Assembly (NCBI GenBank): GCA_031416075.1
Contig: JANOSY010000049.1
Location: forward strand, 1 to 13,979
Direction: 5' to 3'
Source of the DNA: Candidatus Tenderia sp.
GTDB taxonomy: Bacteria > Pseudomonadota > Gammaproteobacteria > Tenderiales > Tenderiaceae
Length of the DNA stretch: 13,979 bases
Both the position numbers and the translations under genes were made by a program. The notes beneath the pieces were generated by a model. It did not search any database. It saw nothing but the letters and a program-made list of their open reading frames with translations, and was not told where the DNA came from. Below are positions 1 to 6,890 of this stretch, piece by piece (the stretch's first letter is position 1; every line of letters starts with the position of its first letter).

Positions 1-89
1 ACCTGAGCGATGCTTAATCCTTGATCGACTACCATGCGTGCGACTTCCAGTTTGAATGCGGGTTCGTAATGTTTGCGTTGCCTGCTCAT
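1..89 (-). CDS. IS3-family transposase OrfA, N-terminus (partial)
   Basis: Manual translation gives MSRQRKHYEPAFKLEVARMVVDQGLSIAQ, a typical HTH_Tnp_1 start (RK.Y...FK.E..R.V...G.S...). Confidence 0.85.
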   Translation of the reverse strand, partial: MSRQRKHYEPAFKLEVARMVVDQGLSIAQ

Positions 90-153
90 TGGTGTTTCCT
101 CTCCATGTGAATAATAATCCTATCGAGGTGTTCGTTTTTATTAAACCACTACA
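1..153 (-). mobile_element. IS3-family insertion sequence, left end (partial; continues past the window start)
   Basis: The minus strand from 153 reads TGTAGTGGTTTAATAAAAACGAACACC, an IS3-like 5'-TG terminus. It is followed by an RBS (GGAGAGG) and an OrfA start at 89. The IS110 coding sequence begins abruptly at 154. Confidence 0.85.
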
Positions 154-545
154 GTCTACGACATCCGCGTCCAGCGGCTCTCCCGTCAGGATGAGCAAGT
201 GGTGCGACTGATGGAGATGCCGGGGTTGGGTCCACTGAACTCCACCGCCTTCATCGCTGCAATAGGCGATCCACGCCACTTCCCCTCTGGGCGCTGCTTC
301 TCGGTGAGCATCGGGCTTACACCCCATGAGCACTCCAGCGGCGACAAGCAGCAGTTGTTCGGGATCTCCAAACGGGGCGACCGCTACCTGCACACCTTAT
401 TGATTCACGGTGCACGCAGTGCGTTGCGTTGCGTTGTGCGGAGGGTAAGGATGACCGCCTGCTCCAATGGGCTATCAAACTCAAAGAAGCCAAAGGCTTC
501 AATGTCGCCGCAGTATTTGGCGATATAAAAAATACCGCATCGTTA
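154..545 (+). pseudogene. IS110-family transposase, C-terminal fragment (interrupted, frameshifted)
   Basis: The frame from 154 reads VYDIRVQRLSRQDEQVVRLMEMPGLGPLNSTAFIAAIGD...IGLTPHEHSSG...ISKRGDRYLHTLLIHGARS, matching Transposase_20 motifs. A frameshift at (GCGTT)3, 421-435, leads into RCAEGKDDRLLQWAIKLKEAKGFNVAAV. The 3' end is degenerate and its coordinate is approximate. Confidence 0.85.
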
Positions 546-577
546 GCAGTGCATCATACCCTACTCGTCACGTCTAA

Positions 578-1478
578 GAGCCTATCCGAAATCTTTTTCC
601 CCTCTCCTCAAAAGTAGTACGAGGAAAGCAAGGTTGACAAGCTGGAGGCTGGTGTTGAGTTGCCGTTCGCAGTTTTTCCAGAGCCTCCGGCATTTTTCAA
701 GCCAGGCAAAAGAGCGCTCAACCACACACCGCTGTGGTATTACGGCACCAAAAGTAGGCGCCTCTAGGCGAAGGTGTGCAGCTCATTACGTTTGGCAATT
801 TCTACCGAGGCACCCAGTATTTCAGTCACGCCCTCTGCAAAGGGTTGGCCGGTATAACCGCCATCGGCAAGGACATTCGTCACGGCCGATAATGAGCTTT
901 TGTACGCTGTAAAAGCTTCCAATGCCCCTTTTCTATCGGTCACATCGGCGGTGGTGACGGCTATGGCATGAGGCAATCCTTGGGTATCAACGGCGATGTG
1001 ACGTTTAATGCTCGATACCTTTTTGCCTGCGTCATAGCCTTTCTGTTCTGTTCTGTTCTGTTGTGTCGGTGTTTTTCACGCTCTGGGCATCAACGATCAG
1101 GAATGTCGTGCGTTCGTTGCGCCCATGGCTGAGTCGGGCCTCTCCAACCACATTTTTTTAAAGCCTGCTCCAGCAGGCTTGGCTCGTCTCCCGATGGCTT
1201 TTCTTTCCATAGCTTGAAGTAGTGATACACCGTGCTTTTCGCGGGAAACTCACCAGGCAACATGTCCCATTGACAGCCACTTTTGAGCAAATACAAAATC
1301 GCACAAAATACTTCGTATAAATCTACTTGCCGTGGCTTTGTCTTCTTTCTGGCACTTTACAATAGCGGCAAAATCCGTGCAAACTGCTCCCGACTTACAT
1401 CGCTTATGTAGCTCTTCTTTCTCATCCTCATAGCTTGAAATAACTTGCATCAATTTTCAAAAGATTTCGAATAGGCTC
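578..1478 (-). mobile_element. IS5-family insertion sequence (IS1031-like ends), 901 bp, complete ends but inactive
   Basis: Terminal inverted repeats GAGCCTATCCGAAATCTTTT (578-597) and GAGCCTATTCGAAATCTTTT (reverse complement of 1459-1478) match at 19/20. A TAA target duplication lies at 575-577 and 1479-1481. Confidence 0.92.
582..1425 (-). pseudogene. IS5-family transposase pseudogene
   Basis: Reconstructed as MRKKSYISDVSREQF..LL*SARKKTKPR..GCQWDMLP..ALKK / ..LIVDAQSVKNTDT.. / KGYDAGKKVSSIKRHIAVDTQGLP..ELHTFA / VIPQRCVVERSFAWLEKCRRLWKNCER..*. Lesions are a TAA stop at 1357-1359, a (TTCTG)4 expansion at 1041-1060 and a 23-bp insertion near 744-769. An A7 slippage site lies at 1153-1159. 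Confidence 0.9.
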
Positions 1479-1583
1479 TAAGATCAAAAGTGCCAATATC
1501 GACTTTTCTGCCTCGTCCAACTCTTTAATCATTATGGCCTCGGGTTGTTGTTCTTTTGTTTATTAATATCACGTCGCTATATT

Positions 1584-1615
1584 CCGCGCGGACACAAAAA
1601 GCATGCCCACTCCAC
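1584..1615 (-). repeat. Degenerate REP-like palindromic element downstream of def
   Basis: The minus strand reads GTGGAGTGGGCATGCTTTTTGTGTCCGCGCGG: an imperfect hairpin (GTGGGCAT/GTGTCCGC with G-U pairs) preceded by a GTAG-like tetranucleotide (GTGG). Single copy in this window; could also act as a terminator. Confidence 0.4.
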
Positions 1616-1669
1616 ATAGCTGCATCAGGTCATCTAGCAGCTATTGGCGTAGAGTGCAACGTGGACACC

Positions 1670-2179
1670 TTACCCCTGCTGCTGATAAACCTTGCGCCGG
1701 AACAGGTCGTTACGGCGGCTGACAAGCCGGTCTAAAAAGAGCAAGCCATCAAGATGATCAAGCTCATGCTGAATCGCCCGCGCCTCGAAACCGCTGGTTT
1801 TGAGACTCTGTTTTTCGCCCTGGGCATCCCGGTACTCCAGGGTAATGGTCTCGGCGCGCATCACATTGCCGGTAAAGTCGGGTACCGACATGCACCCCTC
1901 GCGCCCTTTGGCGTAGCCGTTGTATTCAACAATTTCGGGGTTGATCAGCACCAGATAGCCGTGGTGTTCGAGCTTCGGTTTGCTCGACACATCCACCAGG
2001 GCGATGCGCTGAAAGCGCCCCACCTGCGGCGCAGCGATGCCGACACCACCGGGACCACTACGCATGGTCTCCTCAAGATCGACCAGGAACTGGTGCAACT
2101 CGGCATCAAACAGCGTGACGGGTTCGCTGAGCTGCTTCAGCCGCTCATCGGGATAGGTAAGGATCTCCAACTTCGCCAT
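1670..2179 (-). CDS. def: Peptide deformylase
   Basis: All three PDF motifs are present: GVGIAAPQVG, EGCMS and HELDHLDG; 169 aa. Confidence 0.96.
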   Translation of the reverse strand: MAKLEILTYPDERLKQLSEPVTLFDAELHQFLVDLEETMRSGPGGVGIAAPQVGRFQRIALVDVSSKPKLEHHGYLVLINPEIVEYNGYAKGREGCMSVPDFTGNVMRAETITLEYRDAQGEKQSLKTSGFEARAIQHELDHLDGLLFLDRLVSRRNDLFRRKVYQQQG

Positions 2180-2184
2180 TACTT

Positions 2185-2706
2185 TTACCCAATCATCGTT
2201 TCAATAGGGGTGAGTTTGGCGTCGATCCCCTCTTTGATTACTATCTGCAAGGCCGACTCCAGCGCCGCAATCCCCTCGCCCGCCACACCGTCGATATGCA
2301 TGATGTAGATCGGCTTCGCCTCAGTGCCACCGACATCCGAATCGAGATTGACGATATTGAAGCCCGCCTCGGCCAGCGCGCCAGTCACATGGGCGACGAT
2401 GCCGGGACGATCAGCGCCATAGACGGTGATCTGCACATCCGGTTCCACATGGTGATGCAGATCACCATCCATCTTGTCGATGTGAATGTGCAGCCCCATA
2501 GAGTCAGCCACGGTAGAAAGCAGCCCTTGCAGTGATTTGACGGTGCCGTCGTGGCGCACCATCATCATGATGGTGAAGCTGTCACCCATGCGGATCATGG
2601 AGGCTTCGCCCAGATTGCAACCACCGTCGTAAAGGGCTTGGGTAACGTGGGCGACAATGCCGGGACGGTCTTTACCAACCAGGGATAGGATGTACCAGTG
2701 AGACAT
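2185..2706 (-). CDS. Tandem ACT-domain protein (GcvR-like / amino-acid-binding)
   Basis: Two ACT repeats, GKDRPGIVAHVT and GADRPGIVAHVT. Start set at ATG 2706 because AGGAG lies 5 nt upstream. Confidence 0.88.
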   Translation of the reverse strand: MSHWYILSLVGKDRPGIVAHVTQALYDGGCNLGEASMIRMGDSFTIMMMVRHDGTVKSLQGLLSTVADSMGLHIHIDKMDGDLHHHVEPDVQITVYGADRPGIVAHVTGALAEAGFNIVNLDSDVGGTEAKPIYIMHIDGVAGEGIAALESALQIVIKEGIDAKLTPIETMIG

Positions 2707-2726
2707 AACCACTCCTCAAATATTAA

Positions 2727-3479
2727 TCAATTTTTTGCAATCCAGATCAACGACGCCATCCGGCCTGTCACCTCGTCACGCCGGTATGAGTAGAACCGTT
2801 CCGCGTCACTGTAGGTACAATCGCCGCCACCATAGACCGCAACCACCCCCAGCGCCGCCAGCCGCTGCCGCGCCAGCTGATAGATATCTGCCAGCCAATA
2901 GCCGTCGGCCACTGGTTTAAATGCCAGATGGGCATCCGCATGGTGGGCAATAAAGGCGTCGCGCACCTCATCCCCCACCTCAAAAGCAGCGGGGCCGATG
3001 GCCGGGCCAAGCCAGACCAGCAGCTCGGCGGCGGCCACCCCCATGCTCAATACAGTCGCCTCGATCACCCCATCCAGCAGGCCGCGCCAACCGGCATGGG
3101 TTGCCGCCACTACGCTGCCCTGACGATCACACAACAGCAGTGGCAGACAGTCTGCTGTCATCACCGCACACACGGTATTGGGTAACCGGGTAAAACTGGC
3201 GTCGGCAACAGGATGCGCAGCCGTTGACGCCGCATCCACTACTACGGTGCCATGCACCTGCTGCAGCCAGAGTGGCTCACCGGGCAGCTGTTGCTGTTGA
3301 GACAGGCGGCGGCGATTCTCAGCCACCGCCTCTGGCAGATCACCCACATAGCCCGCCAGATTAAGGCTGGCATAGGGCAGCTGGCTAACACCCCCTTGCC
3401 GGGTAGTGACCCCGGCACGCACGGCGGCGGGGGCTGGCCAGTCGGGTACCATCCACCCTACAACGGTTTGATCACTCAT
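2727..3479 (-). CDS. pgeF: Peptidoglycan editing factor PgeF (YfiH; purine nucleoside phosphorylase/laccase-like family)
   Basis: Motifs WLQQVHG, TADCLP, HAGWRG, LGPAIGP and FYSYRR..TGRM; usual position after rluD. ATG 3479 has a GGAG RBS and overlaps the rluD 3' end. Confidence 0.95.
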   Translation of the reverse strand: MSDQTVVGWMVPDWPAPAAVRAGVTTRQGGVSQLPYASLNLAGYVGDLPEAVAENRRRLSQQQQLPGEPLWLQQVHGTVVVDAASTAAHPVADASFTRLPNTVCAVMTADCLPLLLCDRQGSVVAATHAGWRGLLDGVIEATVLSMGVAAAELLVWLGPAIGPAAFEVGDEVRDAFIAHHADAHLAFKPVADGYWLADIYQLARQRLAALGVVAVYGGGDCTYSDAERFYSYRRDEVTGRMASLIWIAKN

Positions 3480-4431
3480 TATCGGCTCCATCCTTCTGCA
3501 ACAGGGCGGCCAGCTGCTGCATATCCTCAGGCAGTGCCGCCTCCCACTCCATCATCTCACCACTGCTGGGGTGTTCCAGCCCCAGGCGGGCGGCATGCAG
3601 CGCCTGACGTTTAAAGTTACACAGCGTATCCGCCAGCGCATCGCTGCAGTCGGGCGGCAACCGCAACCGCTGGCCATACACCTGATCACCCACCAGCGGG
3701 TAGCGGATGTGGGCCATGTGCACACGTATCTGATGGGTACGGCCCGTCTCCAGATCGACCCGGATATGGGTATGAAGGCGAAACCGCTGCATCACCCGGT
3801 AGTGGGTCACCGCATGTTTGCCACTCTCCACCACCGCCATCCGTTTGCGGTCCACCGGGTGGCGTGCAATCGGGGCATCAACTGTCCCCCCTGCAGTCAT
3901 CACCCCACAGGCAACCGCCTGATACTGCCGCTTCATTACCCGTGCCTGCAGAAGATCCACCAGATGTTTCTGTGATTTAAGATTACGTGCCACCGCCAGC
4001 AGGCCACTGGTCTCTTTATCCAGCCTATGTACAATACCCGCACGTGGTACCTCGTTGAGTTCCGGGGCGTGATGCAACAGGGCGTTGACCAGGGTGCCGT
4101 CATAGTTACCCGCCGCCGGATGCACTACCATGCCGGCAGGTTTGTTGACAATGATGATATGCTCATCCTCATAAACGATGGAGAGTGGGATATCCTCCCC
4201 CTGCCAGCTCACCTCCTCTTCAGAGGTCGCCTCCAGTTCAATCTGCTCGCCCCCCTCCATTTTATCTTTGGCGCGCCGTTGTTTACCATTGACCAATACT
4301 TGGCCGGCCTTGATCCACTGCTGCAGACGGGCGCGTGAATAGTCCGGGAACAGTTGGGCCAGGACCTGGTCCAACCGCTGCCCTGAATAATCGGCAGGGA
4401 CTGTAATTGTTAAATATTCTGAAGATGGCAT
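3472..4431 (-). CDS. rluD: 23S rRNA pseudouridine(1911/1915/1917) synthase RluD
   Basis: S4 domain (RLDQVLAQLFPDYSRARLQQWIK), VNKPAGMVVHP, catalytic HRLDKETSG, GRTHQIRVH and RQALHA. The start at ATG 4431 is preferred but uncertain. Confidence 0.96.
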   Translation of the reverse strand: MPSSEYLTITVPADYSGQRLDQVLAQLFPDYSRARLQQWIKAGQVLVNGKQRRAKDKMEGGEQIELEATSEEEVSWQGEDIPLSIVYEDEHIIIVNKPAGMVVHPAAGNYDGTLVNALLHHAPELNEVPRAGIVHRLDKETSGLLAVARNLKSQKHLVDLLQARVMKRQYQAVACGVMTAGGTVDAPIARHPVDRKRMAVVESGKHAVTHYRVMQRFRLHTHIRVDLETGRTHQIRVHMAHIRYPLVGDQVYGQRLRLPPDCSDALADTLCNFKRQALHAARLGLEHPSSGEMMEWEAALPEDMQQLAALLQKDGADNE

Positions 4432-4479
4432 TGGTTTCTTTACAAAACAGGGCAATATGTCGCACGAAAAGGGGTAACC

Positions 4480-4529
4480 ATGCTAACAGATTTCAATCCG
4501 CCACCCCCTCACAAATATAGTGGCATACT
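4480..4529. promoter_or_regulatory. Putative divergent extended -10 promoters (rluD operon / BamD-family operon)
   Basis: TGtTAGCAT on the minus strand (4488-4480) and TGgCATACT on the plus strand (4521-4529). No clear -35 boxes. Confidence 0.3.
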
Positions 4530-4567
4530 AGCGTGATGCTGATTCACCATTGATGGTTATGTTAAAT

Positions 4568-5848
4568 ATGCAGATACGCAGACAGCTACTCGCCTTACTC
4601 CTTGCAGCAGGCTTAAGTTTGACCAGCCATGCCGCCGATGAAGGGATTTTGGCCGAGTACAGCTATTACGAAACGGGCAAGATTGAGCTCAATGCCGGAA
4701 ACTATCAGCAGGCGATCACCCATTTTACCAACCTGCAGAAGCGTTACCCCGACAGCCCCTACATCCCTCAGGCGCTTTTAGAGTGTGCCTACGCCCACTA
4801 CAAACTGGGACAGGCGGATGATGCCATTGGGCTACTCCAGGGATTTTTAACTGCCGAGAACAAACATCCACATAAGCCCTACGCCTTTTACCTTGCCGGT
4901 CTGGCCAAGTATCAGGAGGCCCTTGGGCGCATAGAGAACGCCAAGACCAACGAAGATGAAAACAGCGCCCGTGCCAGCACCCAGCAGGCTATCGACTACT
5001 TTGGCCAGCTGGTGGATAAATTTCCTGGCAGCCAATACAGCGATGATAGCCGCAAAAAAACCACCTACCTGCTGGAAAAACTGGTCACTCATCGCATCAA
5101 GCTGGAGGAGCTGAACGCCAGCCGCAGCCGTTTAAAACAGATTCAGGTTGAAAGCGATCAGGCCATTGTCTGGCTGCTCAAACAGCCCGCCGACCAGTAC
5201 ACCCTACAGCTGGTACGCAGCCCCGACTACGACACCGTCTTTATGATCTCACTCCAGTACAAACTGGAAAAAGAGGCCATCATCATCGAAACCGTGGGAG
5301 AAGAGGGCAAATTTTTCACCCTCTTTTATGGTGTCTATCCCAGCAAGGGCGAGGCACTCCTGGCAGGCAGCAATCTGCCCGGTGCCATTCTTGAGGCCCA
5401 GCCACTGGTACGTGAGCTGGCCTCCGTGCAGACAGAGATTACGGGGGATGTATCCCGCAAGACCGCAGACAACCCATCAGAAGAGTCCGTCACTGAATCA
5501 GTCCGCACCACAGCGTCAACACCTACAAGCAACATCCAGATCCCCACTGAACTCTGGTTAATGTCCCAAAACCCCATGGCCTACACCGTTCAGTTAATGG
5601 GTTCAGGCAGCGAGCGCGCCGTACATGCCTTCATTAACGAACACAATCTCGCAGACCAGACCACCTACTATCGCAGCATGCGCAAAGATGGCAGCAGCTG
5701 GTACTCATTGCTGTACGGTAGTTATATCGATAAATCGGCAGCCATCGAATCGGCACAACAGATGGGCATCGCCCTTGGCATTGAGCAGCCCTGGATCAGG
5801 CGCTTTCAGGGTGTCCAGAACGAAATCGAAAGCAGCAACAAACCGTGA
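4568..5848 (+). CDS. BamD/YfiO-like TPR protein fused to two DamX-type SPOR domains; signal peptidase I-type signal peptide
   Basis: Signal MQIRRQLLALLLAAGLSLTSHA|A has no Cys. BamD-type TPRs (YP.SPY..QA.LE.AYA.YK; YA.YL.GLA; F..LV..FP.SQY..D) are followed by two SPORs (WLLKQPADQYTLQL at about 5171-5440; WLMSQNPMAYTVQL..WYSLLYGSY..PWIRRF at about 5555-5830), separated by an S/T/E-rich linker. The start could be slightly upstream (4553/4559). Confidence 0.85.
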   Translation: MQIRRQLLALLLAAGLSLTSHAADEGILAEYSYYETGKIELNAGNYQQAITHFTNLQKRYPDSPYIPQALLECAYAHYKLGQADDAIGLLQGFLTAENKHPHKPYAFYLAGLAKYQEALGRIENAKTNEDENSARASTQQAIDYFGQLVDKFPGSQYSDDSRKKTTYLLEKLVTHRIKLEELNASRSRLKQIQVESDQAIVWLLKQPADQYTLQLVRSPDYDTVFMISLQYKLEKEAIIIETVGEEGKFFTLFYGVYPSKGEALLAGSNLPGAILEAQPLVRELASVQTEITGDVSRKTADNPSEESVTESVRTTASTPTSNIQIPTELWLMSQNPMAYTVQLMGSGSERAVHAFINEHNLADQTTYYRSMRKDGSSWYSLLYGSYIDKSAAIESAQQMGIALGIEQPWIRRFQGVQNEIESSNKP

Positions 5849-6813
5849 ATAGCCACCTGTATAGATTGGCCTCACTCTTTCTCAGTGCCGTTCTGCTCAG
5901 CGGATGTATTACCGTTCCCTTCACACCATTGCCAGAGCCATGGTCGGCAGAACATTATTACGATGCGGCCCGTCAGGCACAGGCCAGCGGCGACTACAGT
6001 GATGCATTAAAACAGCTGGCCGATCTTAAACAGCGCCACCCAGAGAACCCATACGCCAGGCTGGTGGCCATTGAGAGCAGCTATGCCCACTACCAGAGCG
6101 GAAACTATCTGGCGGCCATCCACTCAGCAGATCAACATATCGCCGAGCAACCCGATACCAGTAGCCTTGACTACGCCTGGTACCTGAAGGGGATCGCCCA
6201 CCTCAAACTCACCCACCAGAACGGCCACTTTGATGCCAACAACAGCCGTGCTGCCTACCAGAGCTTTGCAACGCTGGCACAAACGTTTCCGGCAAGCCAA
6301 TACCGGAACGAAGCGCTGCAACAGCTCCAGCCACTCCGTCTCCAGCTGGCTGACCACGAACTCGAGACCATTCATGCCCTGTTGCAACAGGGCAACCAGT
6401 CAGGGGCCCGCGAACGTGCCGCCTATCTAGCCAAAAACTATCCCGATACCGCTGCCGCCAACGCTGCTCTGATCATTCTGCATAGTGACAACCATAACAA
6501 GACAGTCAGTCAGCAGCACACAACGTGGCTGCTACAACAGGCACCTGACCACTACACCCTCCAGATGGCTGGCACCAGCGACCAAGAACGGCTTGAGACA
6601 CTGATCGCCCGTGCGCCTGAACAGCTCATCTGGTTTCAGCGCCCGGCACAGCGGCGGCTCTGGTATACCCTGCTCTACGGCCATTACGGCAGTGCTGCCG
6701 AAGCAGAGGCGGCCATACCCGCACTCAAAGCGCTCTTTGCCATTGATGAAGCGTGGGTGCAACCATTTGCAGCCTTGCAAAAAAACCTTCTTAATGCTGA
6801 TGATGGCCACTGA
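5845..6813 (+). CDS. BamD-like lipoprotein fused to a C-terminal DamX-type SPOR domain
   Basis: GTG start overlaps the upstream stop (GTGA). Lipobox LLSG|C; WSAEHYY, SLDYAWYLKG, FPASQY, LADHE and NYPDT; SPOR WLLQQAPDHYTLQM..WYTLLYGHY..AWVQPF at about 6526-6795. Confidence 0.87.
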   Translation: MNSHLYRLASLFLSAVLLSGCITVPFTPLPEPWSAEHYYDAARQAQASGDYSDALKQLADLKQRHPENPYARLVAIESSYAHYQSGNYLAAIHSADQHIAEQPDTSSLDYAWYLKGIAHLKLTHQNGHFDANNSRAAYQSFATLAQTFPASQYRNEALQQLQPLRLQLADHELETIHALLQQGNQSGARERAAYLAKNYPDTAAANAALIILHSDNHNKTVSQQHTTWLLQQAPDHYTLQMAGTSDQERLETLIARAPEQLIWFQRPAQRRLWYTLLYGHYGSAAEAEAAIPALKALFAIDEAWVQPFAALQKNLLNADDGH

Positions 6814-6890
6814 TGCTGCGACAACCCCAACCCAGCTATGCTAGGCTACGGCACCTTTAACCTACACCATTCACAACACCGAAACAGACA

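Noticed and set aside
500-577. IS110 bridge-RNA non-coding end
   Set aside because: The element is truncated and degenerate here; no room or recognisable structure for a bridge RNA.
1250-1453. 67-aa ORF and other short ORFs inside the IS5 element (e.g. 634-912)
   Set aside because: Alternative-frame or antisense products of the broken transposase.
1754-4338. Plus-strand ORFs (1754-2308, 3252-3614, 3571-3975, 4027-4338 and others)
   Set aside because: Antisense shadows of def, the ACT gene, pgeF and rluD, with no recognisable motifs.
4568-5170. CpoB (YbgF) as the identity of the non-lipidated TPR protein
   Set aside because: No N-terminal trimerisation coiled coil and no tol-pal context. 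It has the BamD-type insertion within TPR3 and sits beside bamD.
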